From positions 83,888,001 through 83,952,000 of the forward strand of contig CM059432.1 of assembly GCA_030390025.1 (NCBI GenBank): 64,000 nucleotides of DNA, in the 5' to 3' direction. The position numbers and the translations under genes are program-made. Shown here in pieces: positions 49,520 through 63,045 of this stretch (its first letter is position 1; every line of letters starts with the position of its first letter). The notes below the pieces were generated by a model. The model made no database searches and had not been told where the DNA came from. It saw only the letters and a list, made by a program, of their open reading frames with translations. This DNA is from Squalus acanthias (taxonomy: Eukaryota).

Positions 49520-50820
49520 CAACAGCAACAACTTGCATTTATATAGCGACTTTAATGTAGTAAAATGTCTCAAGACACTTCACAGGAGAGTTATGAAACA
49601 AAATTTGACACCGAGCCACATAAGGAGATATTAGAACAAATGACAAAAAGCTTGGTCAAAGAGGTAGGTTTTAAGGAGCGTCTTAAAGGAGGAGAGGTAG
49701 CAAGGTGGAGAGGTTTGAGGGGGATTTCCAGAGCTTAGGGCCTAGGCAGCTGAAAGCACGGCAGCCAATGGTGGAGCAATTAAAATAGTGGATGCGCAAG
49801 AGACCAGAATTGGAGGAGCACAGAGATCTTGGAGGGTTGTAGGGCTGGAGGAGGTTACAGAGATACGGAGGGGGTGAGGCCATGGAGGGATTTGTAAACA
49901 ACGATGAGAATTTTAAAATTGAGGCGTTGCCGGACCAGGAGCCAATGTAGGTTAGCGAGCACTGGGGTGATGAGTGAACAGGATTTGGTGCAAGTTAGGA
50001 TATGGGCAGCAGAGTTTTGGATGAGCTCAAGTTTATGGAGGATGGAAGCTGGGAGGCTGGCCAGGAGAGCATTAGAATAATCAAGTCAAGAGGTGACAAA
50101 GACATGGATGAGGGTTTCAGTAGCAGATGAGCTGAGGCAGGGGCAGAGTTGGGCGAAGTTACGGAGGTGGAAGTATGCGGTTTTGGTGATGGCATGGATA
50201 TGTGATCGGAAGCTCACCTCGAGGTCAAATACAACACCAAGGTTGCGAACGGTCTGGTTCAGTCTCAGACAGGGAGAGGGATGGAGTCGCTGACTAGGGA
50301 ACGGAGTTTGTTGTTGTGACCGAAGACAATGGCTTCGGTTTTCCCAATATTTAGTTGGAGGAAATTTCTGCACATCCAGCACTGGGTGTCGAACAAGCAG
50401 TCTGACAAATTAGAGACAGCAGAGGGGTCAAGAGAGGTGGTGGTGAGGTAGAGCTGGGTGTCATCAGCGTACACATGGAACCTGACATTGTCTATTCGGA
50501 TGATGTCGCTGAGGGGCAGCATGTAGATGAGAAATAAGAGGGGGCAATGTTCCACCTAACTTTTTTTTGGGTGCCTGGCCTCTTTAAGGGGCTGCATAGC
50601 CCATTCACAGTTTTGCGCATGTGTGAAACTTGACATTGGAAAAGCTGGTCCCAGGCTGCATGGGACTGGCAGAGTGCTGCATTGCCACGCGGCCGCGCAG
50701 CTTAGAAGGAACGTTGGGAGGGGGCCAAGGCTAGATCCTTGGGGGGCTCCAGAGGTAACGGTGCAGGAGTGGGAAGAGAAGCTATTGCAGGAGCTACTCT
50801 GGCTACAACTGGATAGATAG
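49520..50820 (-). mobile_element. L2 LINE 3' fragment with nested hAT MITE
   Basis: [16 protein letters not shown]...FHVYADDTQLY...WMCRNFLQLNIGKTE; tail AACAACTTGCATTTATATAGCG. Confidence 0.9.
50545..50716. mobile_element. hAT MITE (172 bp)
   Basis: TIR CAATGTTCCACCTAA / TTAGAAGGAACGTTG; 8-bp TSD AGAGGGGG / GGAGGGGG; interrupts the L2 precisely. Confidence 0.85.
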
Positions 50821-50829
50821 GATTAGACA

Positions 50830-51520
50830 ATGAATGTTGGCAGGTTATGCAACCAGATGGAGTGTAGAATCCTCACATCTGAGCCTGATCTTGCTCTCAC
50901 CCAAAATTCACACATGCAGAAACAGACTTTACAGCACACACTCTAGCAAGAGTTATTAAATAGCTTTCAAGTGCAGACACCCTGGCTGATCTTTCCTCTC
51001 CCAAGTCCAGTGACAATGGGGGCAATTATAATGACTCACCACTGCCCGGACTGAGATCAGCTAACTCTGCCTAGACCAGGGACTGAAACTGGGACCTTCC
51101 TGGTCTGCAAGGCTTAGTACATTACATTCTACAGTTACGCACTAAGCCTAAAATTAAGAATGTACTTTGTTGTAACAATGCTTTTTAAAATATCTTTCCT
51201 CCCCTAACTTGCCCAAGAGGCCATTATTCATGTATGAACATTGACAGTAAGTATTGGAGTGCTATTTTCATGGGGGGCATCACACCCAAGCACGATCCTA
51301 TCCTCACTCAATCTCTACACATGGGTACTTCCAGTAAAGGTCATTAGATAATAATAATGAGTGGAACCCTAACTGATACTTCCCCTCCCTAACCTAAAAG
51401 GATTAAGGCCAATTGCAGAACTCCCACTGCTGCCCTAGCTGAGATCAGTTACTCAGCACAATTCAGGGATTGGAACTGAGATTTTTCTGGTCTGAATGCC
51501 TCAGGTACTCACTGGAATAA
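50830..51520 (-). mobile_element. Two tandem copies of a second tRNA-like SINE family (another copy at ~58360-58690, plus strand)
   Basis: Repeated CTGAGATCAG(C/T)TAACTC...CAGGGA..GAA.CTG...CTGGTCTG block at ~51050 and ~51440; reverse form TTAGCTGATCT at ~58415. Family not identified. Confidence 0.55.
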
Positions 51521-51526
51521 TTCACT

Positions 51527-52132
51527 GGGCTAAAAATTCATCTAGGCCCGTTTTTGGGTGCAGAAAGGCAGGTGCGATCCCAGCGCGTGCCAGAAGCTGG
51601 AGGCCTGAGGTTCACCCAAAATTGAGCCTTGGGCCTCATTGCAATATTACCGGCAAATTGCAGGTGCCTGCTGTTCCTCCTTGGCAGCTTGTCGGTTTGA
51701 AGATTTCCAATATGGGCCAGTTGCCTCACTGGTAGCAGCCCTCGGGTAGGTCGTGGGAGGGGAGGGAGGAGAACGGGAAGAAGGCTAGCGCGACTGGCAG
51801 TGCCCCTCAGGAGTGCTGTGAAGCTGGGCTGTTCCTCATGGCTCCATTTGAGGTTACTTTTTTTTTTAAACATACCTGTTTGTTGACAACTGCTGCCCAA
51901 TTTCTGGAAGGAAGTTCTTAAACAGGCATTAGGCCCCTTACTAACATATGCAAGCCATCTAGCACCTGATTAAGACAGTCACTCAGGATGCCTGAATATT
52001 GTCTGAGACTAAATATGATGTTGGACATATTTCAGGCATCATTAGGGAGTGGGGCAAAACCCAATAAAATTGGTCTTTTTTGCCCTGGTTTTCTGCACAG
52101 AAAATGGGCGTAATTGGGACTAATTTCTCCCC
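51527..52132. mobile_element. Harbinger-type MITE
   Basis: Termini GGGCTAAAAATT / AATTTCTCCCC; flanks ACT / ATT. Confidence 0.7.
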
Positions 52133-53050
52133 ATTGAGTCTTCAAGGGACTCCCATGTCAATAACATAAACCATGATGCTGATATACAGAAGGTACCTGC
52201 ATGTCTGCTGCATATCCTGAACTGGTCGATACTGTCTGAAAAGAAAGCTGTGGAGAACGCTGTACATACAAAATTTGTTGCTCACTTGAGATTATGAGGT
52301 TAAGCTTGAAAAAGATTTCAGAGATGAGCTGGAACACATAGCCCTGTGCTGGAGAGATATGTAGTACAGGGCCAATAAAGGAGACTAAAGTCAGCAGAAG
52401 TAGGAAGAATGAAAGAAATGTGTACAGTACTGAAGATGTGTGTGTGAAGGTGAGAAAAAGAAAGAGAGAGACAGAGAGAATTGTGGGTTGAGTACTCCAA
52501 ACACATTAGGGTTTGTGCTTGTGCCCCTCCTGACCCCACAAAAATAATTTCAAACTTATTGTTGCTGGGCCTCTTCTCCTCTATTGCCTGTGGAATTAAT
52601 CAGAGAGTACAAGCTCCAATTAATTCTCTCCTAAAATAGCAACCAGGGTCCTATGTACATCATAGGATTTCAATTTGTTTATTAAATGGGGCCTACCACC
52701 GGAAACAGGCAGGTGCTTCGGTCGCCCAGCCATAGGCCCCTTTCAAAATAGCAGTGGCTGTTTTTACTGTATTATTGCCCCATTTGCACCAGTTAAAATC
52801 GGCCCTATCAGATTGCTGTTTTTGTTTCCAGTTTTGCTATTTTAAATTTAGAGCTATATTAATATTTGCAAATTGTAATATTCCCCTAAAAATACCAAGG
52901 AATTATCAAAATAATATGGTTTGATGTATAATATTAGTAGTATTACTGGATTTATTCTGGTACTTGTTTCTTCAGGTATGATTTAGTGCTGCATTAATTT
53001 AATCCTGCAATATTGTTCACACAAAAATATAAAATAATAAGGCGCAATAC

Positions 53051-53133
53051 CTGCTGTGAACTATTAAAGGCTGTAGAATTTGTAAGTGAATTGCTTCCTG
53101 TGTAAATTCCTGATGCCGATGTAAAACTTCCCC
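53051..53133 (-). CDS. EYA1: EYA1 internal coding exon (83 bp), Ser/Thr-rich N-terminal region
   Basis: Reverse complement reads ttttcag|GG GGA AGT TTT...CAG CAG|gtattg and translates [27 protein letters not shown], matching recalled vertebrate EYA1 ([28 protein letters not shown]). Phase 1 to 0. Confidence 0.93.
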
Positions 53134-54519
53134 CTGAAAAAGAAAACTTTTGTCAAACTTTTATTTCCTTTAACAAAATCTAATCCCTATTCTTTGGGCA
53201 AACAGGTCATGATATACACCAGAGGTTAGAAAATAAAATGCCATACTGTATAATGATTGGGTCATTTCCCAGTTGTCAATTCTGGATTCTCGCAACCATT
53301 AATTCTTGAGTATGGATGTCACCTGGCTTGATATTGGTATCAGGCATGGTAGCCACTGCCGTGAAAATGGACCCAAAATTTAAAAAAAATGATTACATGG
53401 TATGTTGTAGATACTTAAAAAATAATGGAAACAATGAAGTCTTTTTAAGGGTCTAATCTCATTTTGGATTCAGATGATTCCACTATCTCCAGATATTACA
53501 TTTACTTTAGGGCTTCAATATGCTCCTCAGGATTCAGAACAAGCCAACACCCCTTCAACTGAGATCTGGAGCCTGAAACAGCTCTGCAAGCCAGTCTTTA
53601 CTCCATATCTGCCTCCATGATGAAACAATTATGCCTCACTCTGGACAAACTCCATATATGTACCAGATGGGGTGCCTTAAAAAAAGTACACAATTATTTA
53701 AAGTATAGTCTAGCTATGCTCCCATCTCCAGCCTATTCCTTCTGGACAGAAACCCTGAATGATAAAAGAGCCAGTAACTAATTTGAATCATTCTTCCTTC
53801 CTACCAGGCCCCATAATTTGTATGCTTCGGCTGCTGTCAGTGGGCAGGGAGTACCAACAGTATGTAAACTTGAGCAGCTCTCACTGTTTACAATGAGAAT
53901 GAAGGAGAATCATACTCCAACTATGGCACAATTCAGCCCCTCCTCATAAAACATCTGTGGAACATATTACAATCCAAATCGTGTAAAGGCTAAGCCTGTA
54001 TCTAGAAAAGCACCAAAATATGAGGTCCCCTTTCCTGCGGATTCACTCCACTCTACTCTTACATGGGACCTCAATTTTGCTTATAAACAGTGCTGCCTAA
54101 CTGTACACAACCATCTGTACATTTGCCTCAATGAGATGTCTCCCTTGGATTAATTCTCAAGGATCCATTAGCTTCTGTTAACCAAGATATATTTTGATAT
54201 TTACTGTATGATGAACTACTTTATCACAGAAATGTGATGTAAGTTATATGCATACAGAATTAGCTGACAAGCAGCGATACTTTCATCTTCACTGCTATCA
54301 ATATACTTTAGAACAGCAATACCACAAATACACCTTGCTGTATCAGAAATACATAGGCAATAGTGACTCCTTTTGCAGTCTCCAATGGTAAACTTTTTAT
54401 TATAACAAATAACAGAGCTACATATCTACACCAGTAACCTCAGGCACTGACTGACCTTGCTAAAGTTTGTGAGTCAAGGGGAGGTGACGTTGCATAAATA
54501 ATTTGTGTGGGTACTTACA

Positions 54520-54533
54520 CCACTAGGGGGCAC
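54520..54533 (+). promoter_or_regulatory. Candidate CTCF binding site
   Basis: CCACTAGGGGGCAC matches the CTCF core consensus CCASYAGRKGGCRS at every position. Confidence 0.5.
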
Positions 54534-55406
54534 ATCCTGGGCACCCGCCTATCTAAGGAGGGCGAAAATGTTGCCATTTGGTGTGCCAGTGCTCCCCCTC
54601 CCCAGGGAAGATGAATGCTCTGCTCCAAACCCCTTCGTAAGGGGGCTGGAAAATGCTGCCAAAATTTGAAGAACTTTGGGGATCCAGGCTACAATCCGGG
54701 CCTGGACTCCTGGGTGGACCCCACTTCTGGTGGACCATGGGCCAGTACTCCTGCTCTCACTTGGTGGACTATATCTGGGTCATGCCTTAATTCCAAGCCC
54801 TTCTGTTGTATTTACAGCGGGAGAGTACTGGAAACGCAGCAGATTTTCGGGTTCATTGTACTCGGGGGTTGAAACTCTCCTACAAATTTAATACTAATCT
54901 GTGCTAAAGGGATTTTTTTAGATGGTGACAAGTTATGTTTGAAAAAATCTTAGCCTTACATGGCATAATGAGAATTAAATTATCCTCTGCACTCGTAATT
55001 ATCACCATTAAAACAGAATATATTTTAAATTATCCTATTACTTATTGTATAAACAAAATATACAATAGGAAGGATGCAATACCCAGTGTATTTTACTGAT
55101 ATGATTTTAACATTGTCCACCTGCCAGGTGGACAGTTGCCCCTGGGACTTACCTGCCGAGGTCCCACTGTCTTCTCGTAGGTTTCTAATTTAACCTGTTC
55201 TTCTGAGCAGGCGATAGGGACACCCGCTGGTAACTGGCGGGGTTCTTCTTTAAATACGCAGATCGGGCTCCGATGACGTCATTGGGGCCCGACTATTATT
55301 TTAACTAGAGGGCTGAACTGCAAAGCCGTTTTGGCTTTCCCGCCAGGCCAACCTAGTGGGAAGAGGAGCCAGGGCCAAAAGAGGCCCATAAAGGTATATG
55401 GTTTTA

Positions 55407-55506
55407 TGACGGGATCTGATCGGCTGCCCCATTTTACTTTTTATTGACTTCAATGGAAAGTAAAATCAGGTGGGATGTAAAACAGGCAGCCGATCAGATC
55501 CTGTCA
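55407..55506. repeat. Nested inverted repeat (foldback MITE-like hairpin)
   Basis: TGACGGGATCTGATCGGCTGCC (55407-55428) pairs 21/22 with 55485-55506; inner arm ATTTTACTTT...ATTGACTTCAAT...AAAGTAAAAT. Confidence 0.8.
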
Positions 55507-56200
55507 GTTTCCCATCAGACAGGTTAGGCTAAAATTATCCCTAAGATGGAGTGGTGCAACACGAACCACCTATTTGATGGCAGGCGAAGTGGGTGTAGTG
55601 CTTCAGGAGGTGATAGGAAAGAGGGTGGCTCTCTTTGCCACTCAGAGCACTCTGTCCATAAAATAACATTGCAGCACATTTGGAAGGAAGGGGAGGCAGA
55701 GAGCTTGAGTGCACTGATTATTATTAGTCTATGGTGCATTTTAGCTGTAGGTATCCTTGCAATAGATGGAACAGTTTTGTCATTGCTTCTATAGGCAGAG
55801 CACTTGACATATTAGGACAGATTTTCTTCTTTAGTGCTGGAGTATAAAGTATCATCCAGGCAGAATGCAATAAGGCAAACTGGACAAGGAGGATTGCCTT
55901 CCCATAACAGAGCCAGCATAATTTCCATTCATTTAAATGGATAGAAAACAGGATGGGCTCCATTACAGGCAGGCGATCCTCCTTGCCTGATTTTCTTTTT
56001 TGCACTCTGCCCGGAAGATGCTTTATGCTCAAATGCTAAAAATCCTCCTGTGCAATTAAGTTGTCTCTTCAGATGGACATTAACAATACTAGTATCCTGG
56101 TCACTTTTCTTCCCTCAACCAACACCACCTGTTCATATATCTGATTGGCTGTTTCTGGGATGATGCTCTGCGCAAAATGTACCTATATAATAGTAACTAT

Positions 56201-56760
56201 GGCCCCAATTTTGGCCTTAACACTAGGCTGGGAATGGGGCAGTAGTGCGATGAAAATCGCATGCAGCACTTCTCGCTTTGGTCCCACCAACACCCGGGCC
56301 AGTGCCATGTTGGTGGGTTCCTTGATATGCCCAGGAGCCCACGAAAACATGTGACACCTCATTAGTCCACGCAAATCAAGATCCTGTGGTGTCAATAGGA
56401 TCTTGATGCAATTTTTAAGTACCAGTGGGCAGAGCATATGCCGCGCACTCTCCACCCATTGGTACTCATGTTGAGTGGCCTAACCAGCGGTCCTTAAAGG
56501 AACCACTGCAGAATGCTCCAGAAAAGATAAGTCAAAATGATTTTTGTGGGGTCAGGAAGACCATTGATACTCCTCCTAGCCATATGAAACCCTCTGTAGT
56601 CCTCCCCAGGAATGCCTCCCCATGTCCTTAACTTACCTGGACCGGCTGAGCTCTGCAGTGCAGCTGCTGGATTTTCTGGTCCCTCTGACCAATGGCAATA
56701 GGCGGATGGCGGGCTGCTTCACTCACCACCCATCACCCGCCCAAACCAAAAACCAGCTCC
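56201..56760. mobile_element. Harbinger-type MITE
   Basis: Termini GGCCCCAATTTT / AAAAACCAGCTCC; TSD TAT on both sides. Confidence 0.7.
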
Positions 56761-59700
56761 TATGTTTCAAAAGTAATTAATTTGATGTGACTTGAGGTGT
56801 CCTGGGAATGTAATAAAGTGCTATATAATGCAAGCTCTTTCTATATTTTCCCTTTACTATATTGTGCATATATTTGTTTTGTTTCTGTGCAAACTCTGAA
56901 GCAGCATAAAAGTGTTGCCCAAACAGTACAAAAGTAAGTTTACATTTTTATCAGAAAATGTATCCTTGCTAAGTCATAATTGGAATTTCCACTGAGCAAC
57001 AGCTGCAAAGTATACCTAATAAGAATAAAACAAATTTAAAGTCGTTTTTATCTTATTCTGGGATTTTTAGAACGATCTGAAAAACAAATGACAGCAGTCA
57101 TAGCCCAGTCCTTTTGAATGATAGGTGGAGGGTGAGGGAACACCAGTTGCTCTCAAGCATAGCATAATAACCGCTAAACTGAACAGTACAACTGTTGTTT
57201 GGGGATATAGGCAGCAAAGAGGGAAGGATTTTTTTTGGTCTGATATATCAGTCAATGAATATGTATGTCTGTCCACTCTTTATTGAATTGGTTTGCTTGA
57301 AGAAGCACCTTTAGGTAATTAAATCAATCAAACAGAGATACCATCTAATTACTTAATAACATACAGGACATGAATTAAGGAAAGACTCCAAAGGTATAGT
57401 CAAGTCACTGTCATTATAAATTAGTAAATTGCTAAAGCTACAAAGTAGAAGAAAACACATATAGGGAATTATATTAAAACATTTGCTGCTTCATTGTATG
57501 CTTGTGGTTAGTTACTGAAAGATATATAATTGCCCCAAAACGACATGATTGTTCCAGCAGACTTTCATCAGAACAGCCACAAACTTGGCCAAAACGTAGA
57601 TACGGCAGATCCCAGCCTTGCGCCGATGATCCTGGAATGGCCTCGTAAGGGGGCCAGGAACAGGGGGATTCCCTAAGTCACAACCCAGCGTGCAATCAGT
57701 GCAGGTGGTCTCACTGGGCATAATTACCTGATCCCAGAGAAAGTGGGTGTTCAGGCTGGGTTAGGGCTTGGATCCCTGAAGATTTGGTGCAAAAGTTTTT
57801 ATTTGGCTGGGGGTGGAGGGGGGTGTGGGGCGGGGGGGGGCCGGATTTGAAGAAGCCACCTTTGTAAGGGCAAGCACACTCAGATTCTTCTCCCAGGAGG
57901 AGGCTGGCGGATATTTCAGGGGTCTTCAGCGAGGTGCATCACAAATGCACTGCAAACTGCCAAAGGCCCATACACGAAGGCTCCTCCCTCGACCCTGTGA
58001 ACTTTGGTGGGGTCAATGGCAGAGTTCTGCAGTGGAAGTGATCCCAGCACTGAAGTGGCTTAATTCTGAATTGTTTTAATTGCATAGTTCTAAGACTTTT
58101 TAAGTGCTATTTATTTATATTCCTTTTTTAAAAATTTCTTTTGAATTTTTTGTCAAATTAGAGCAATTATATTTTTGCTATTTAAGTTAATAGTTACAGA
58201 TGTATATTTGGCAATCAATGCTGTTCATACAAAAGCTTAACATGCTCATGTGAAATCCCTCTGTGCACTTTTTAAATACTTTTTATTTAATACTACCACA
58301 TTAAGTGTTCATACAGGAACAACACCAGACAGAAAATATTTCCCATAATAAAGCAAGGTTTTCTAATTACTTAGCAGTGTGGCCTCAGTTATTATGCCTA
58401 ATTTGTGTTAATTTAGCTGATCTAATTTCAGTGAGTGGGAATATTACAATTGGTCTCAGCCTCACTGGCTGGGGTGGAGAAAAAAAAACACCCTCTCAAT
58501 TAAGACCACTATGCAATGATTCCTGCCTGTGAGTGTCCACTTGTGGATATTGGGTGAGAACAGATATATATATATAGCTATGCAACATTCCCATGTTTAA
58601 ATAGCCTGCCAACATCACTGTTGAAACTCACAAATAAAGAATGTATACTATCTCTCTGGGGTGAAGCACTGGAGGGCTGTTGGCATTTGGAAAATTATAA
58701 ACAGCATTAGTCACCAACCAAGTGAAAAAAGGGGAAAAAATTAAATAAAACTTCACTGTGATAAAAAAAATGTTAGAATTCTGCGTTTTTCTTAAGCAGC
58801 AATATTAGTGAAAACTGAACATAGTAAAGATTCCAGTTTTCTCAATTAGTGTACAATAAGAAACTGTTTTATAATTTAGCTGAAAAGCCCAGCATTCTAA
58901 AAAAAATTGTGTACACATATTTAATATCCAATCACCCACTGAAAAGAATCTCAAGAGAAACCTTAGCTGCCTCATAATTTCAAAGCTCTTCAATATTACC
59001 AGCTTTTGTCAAAAAAAACACAGGAGATTAATTTACAGCAGTCGGCAGAAAAAGTAATTACACCTCTGTTCAGGGAAGCAAAATGAGCATGGCCCTTTCA
59101 TCCTGTGGTCATCATCAGCTCATGGGGAGGTCTTACAGACCATAACAAACGTAAAACAGGTTTGATACAAGACGCTGTGTGGGCTAACCAGTACTGCTGG
59201 CTCTGACATGGCAATTTAATAAGGTAAGATGGGTGAAGATTACAAGAGTAGTTTAATAATAAAAGTTTCATCAACTCCCATATTTTAAAGTGTAAACCAA
59301 TACTCTTCCTGTACAATTTAGCAAGCACTGTGAGTTTTTGTCTCTGAGGCTCTAAATCCTGTGCTGCTCTGTAAAACTCAGACTTCTCTGTAGAACAAAT
59401 TAGCTAGATAGGCACTTCCAAATACGATAAAAGCTTAAACTTTCAGGTCAAAGGGCAAGTCAGGAGAGAGCAGAGACACACATAAAAGCTAAGAACCTTA
59501 GTAATATTTGAAGAATGAAGACCTGCTGGGACTAGTTTGCAGCTCCCATGTGTAGAGCTTTTTTTTTCTATTTCCCATTTCTGTGGGCAAGACGCTGGCC
59601 TCCCTTGTGGGCTTCTGACAGGAGTCCATTTGCTTCGGTTGATCAGCTTCTTGCCATGGGCTACGTCTATCATCAGTGCACAATATATGTGGCAGAAGTT

Positions 59701-60647
59701 AGCAGATCTCTCTAGGGAAATGCCTATGAAGTCCAGATGGGCTCTTTAAAATCAAGAATTTCAGCCTCTGATTTATTTACAAGATCAGGCAGCTTGTACT
59801 CTAGCATAGGTGATTGCAAACAAACTTGTACATCTGTATTAAACATTTTACACATGTCAGACTAAATGCCTCAATTTGCATGGTTTGTAATTACAATGAA
59901 AGTTAGTTATACAAAATGTGCATTTATATTTATAGAACAAGCTTCCACAACATAAAAGGTTGAATCAAGCAACATATCATACAACATTGAGCTACTCTAT
60001 AAAAATATTTTCCTCATCCTCAAGTTATATGTATTTATTCACACTGTGGTTTCTGCCCAAGAAGCAAAATTGCCAATGTGGCAGAGAAAACAGACCAGAG
60101 ATCAGAGGGGGTGCATTTTTGCATTGCTTAAATGCACTTTTTGGCAAATGGCCAATGAGCATAAATGACAGGACAACTATAGAAGTGTCATTGGCCTGAA
60201 ACATTCTAGCCTTCTGACCAAATAAGATAGTGTGAACACGAGAGGAGGGGGCAATAAGGAAAAGTAAAAAAAATAACATTTTAAAAGAACAATACGTCAT
60301 ACAAAGGAAATCTCTCTCGTAGGACAAAAGTTAAAGGACATTAGGTACAACAGCCAGTCGAATCAGCTTACATATATATATATCTCAATCAACCTTTATA
60401 TTGAAATTCATAGAAAAGATTATATAGCTTGCAAATATTTTTTTTACCATGCTTCCTTCTTACTGCAATTTGCAAATTCTTCTTAAAATACATTTGACCT
60501 TCACTTATAGTATTGCATTAGGTGGTTAAAAAAAGCCGCAAATTGCTGACCTCCAATGTTAGCAAAGAATATGTTTTTTAGACTGTAACTAAGGGAAAGA
60601 CAAATGTACTTGATGTATAACGTGATAAGCATGTAGCAAAATAAAAT

Positions 60648-62805
60648 CTATAGGGCCATAGTACAAAAAAATGTTAAGATGTCTAAAAATGTTAAAAAGA
60701 CAAATCTAAAGGTACTGTATCTGAATGCACGAAGCATTCGTAATAAGGTAGATGAATTAACAGCGCAAATAGATGTAAATGGATACGATATAATTGCGAT
60801 TACAGAGACATGGCTGCAGGGTGACCAAGGCTGGGAGCTGAATATCCAAGGATATTCGATGTTTAGGAAGGACAGGCAAAAAGGAAAAGGAGGTGGGGTG
60901 GCATTGTTAGTAAAGGAGGAAATCAGAGCAACAGTGAGAAAGGATATTGGCTCAGAAAATAAAGATGTAGAATCAGTCTGGGTAGAGCTCCAAGGGGCAG
61001 AAAACATTGGTGGGAGTTGTCTATAGGCCTCCAAACAGTAGTGGCAATGTAGGGGATGGCATCAAACAGGAAATTAGAGATGCATGTAACAAGGGTACTA
61101 GAGTAATCATGGGTGACTTTAATCTACATATAGACTGGCCAAACCAAATTAGCAATAATACTGTGGAGGATGAATTCCTGGAGTGTGTACGAGATGGTTT
61201 TTTAGACCAGTACGTTGAGGAGCCAACTAGGGAACATGCTATCCTAGATTGGGTATTGTGCAATGAGAAGGGGTTAATTAATAATCTTGTTGTGCGGGGT
61301 CCTTTAGGGAAGAGTGACCATAACATGATAGAATTCTTCATTAAGATGGAAAGTGAAGTAGTCCAATCCGAAACTAGGGTCCTAAATCTAAACAAAGGAA
61401 ACTACGAAGGTATGAGGAGTGAGTTGGCGATGATAGATTGGGGAGCTTCATTAAAAGGCATGACGGTGGATAGGCAATGGCTAACATTTAAGGAACGAAT
61501 GCATGAATTGCAACAGTTATACATTCCTTTCTGGCGCAAAAACACAAAAGGAAAAGCGGCCCAACCATGGCTAACAAAATAAATAAAGGATAGTATTAGA
61601 TCCAAAGAGGAGTCATATAAAGTTGCCAGAAAAAGTAGCAAGCCTGAGGATTGGGAGAAGTTTAGAGTTCAGCAAAAAAAGACCAAGAGATTGATTAAGA
61701 GGGGAAAAATAGAGTATGAGAGTAAACTTGCAAGGAACATAAAAGCAGATTGTAAAAGCTTCTACAAGTACGTAAAAAGAAAAAGATTAGTGAAGACAAA
61801 TGTAGGTCCCTTACAGTCAGAAATGGGAGAATTTATAATGGGGAACAAGGAAATGGCAGAGCAATTAAACAAATACTTTGGTTCTAACTTCCCAGAAATG
61901 CTAGGGAACCAAGGGTCTAGTGAGAAGGAGGAATTAAAGGAAATTAGTATTAGTAAAAAAATAGTGCTGGAGAAATTAAGGTGACTGAAAGCTGATAAAT
62001 CCCCAGGGCCTGATAATCTGCATCCCAGAGTACTAAAAGAGGTAGCCATGGAAATAGTTGATGCATTGGTTGTCATCTTCCAAAATTCTATAGATTATGG
62101 AACAGTTCCTGCAGATTGGAGGGTGGCAAATGTAACTCCACTATTTAAAAAAGGAGGGAGAGAAAAAACAGGGAACTACAGACCGGTTAGCCTAACATCA
62201 GTAGTAGGGAAAATGCTAGAGTCTATTATAAAGGATGTGATAACAGGACTCTGCAGTTTTGGTCTCCTTACCTAAGAAAGGATATACTTGCCACAGAGGG
62301 AGTGCAGCGAAGGTTCACCAGACTGATTCCTGGATGGCAGGACTGTCGTATGAGGAGAGATTGGGTCAACTAGGCCTGTATTCACTAGAGTTTAGAAGAA
62401 TGAGAGGGGATCTCATTGAAACATATACAATTCTGACAGGGCTAGACAGACTGGATGCAGGGAGGATGTTTCCCCTGGCTGGGGGGTCTAGAACGAGGGA
62501 TCACAGTCTCAGGATACGGAGTAGGACATTTAGGACTGAGATGAGGAGAAATTTCTTCATTCAGAGGGTGGTGAACCTGTGGAATTCTCTACCACAGAAG
62601 GCTGTGGAGGCCACATCACTGAATATATTTAAGAAGGAGATAGATAGATTTCTAGACACAAAAGGCATCAAGGGGTATGGGGAGAGAGCGGGAATATGGT
62701 ATTGAGGTAGAGGATCAGCCATGATCATATTGAATGGTAGTGCAGGCTCAAAGGGCCGAATGGCCTATTCCTGCTCCTATTTTTCTATGTTTCTATGTTT
62801 CTATT
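60648..62805 (+). mobile_element. CR1 LINE ORF2 with a large internal deletion and intact 3' end
   Basis: Endonuclease motifs (YLNARSI, ITETWL, MGDFNL, GKSDH) and RT start (NYRPVSL); at ~62248 it jumps to the C-terminal QFWSP region; (TTTCTATG) tail. Confidence 0.92.
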
Positions 62806-62924
62806 TAGTTGGAAAGAGAAACCAGAAACCAGAAATGAACTTAAAGCAAAATACAAAGGAAGAGGGCATGAATCTGAACTTTCCAGGATTGATTTGTTGA
62901 ACTATCCATCAATTATTTCTTTGA

Positions 62925-63045
62925 ATCATAGAATCATTGAATCATACAGCACAAAAGGAGGCCATTCAGCCCATCGAGCCTATGCCAGCTCTTTGAACGA
63001 GCTATCCAATTATTCCCACTTCCCTGCTCTTTGCCCATAGCGTTG
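62925..63045 (-). mobile_element. CR1 3' tail fragment
   Basis: ATCATAGAATCA...AGGAGGCCATTCAGCCCATCGAG...TTCCCTGCTCTTTGCCCATAG, reverse of the CR1 3' end at ~1545-1620. Confidence 0.7.

Noticed and set aside
53240..53375. Additional EYA1 exon just upstream of 53133
   Set aside because: No EYA-like translation in the frame I read and no convincing splice-site pair. The expected flanking exons (GIKTEGG... and ECDQVHIDD...) were not found and probably lie outside the window.
57570..58030. GC-rich island as a promoter
   Set aside because: Resembles the MITE interiors elsewhere in the window, but termini could not be defined, so it is left uncalled.
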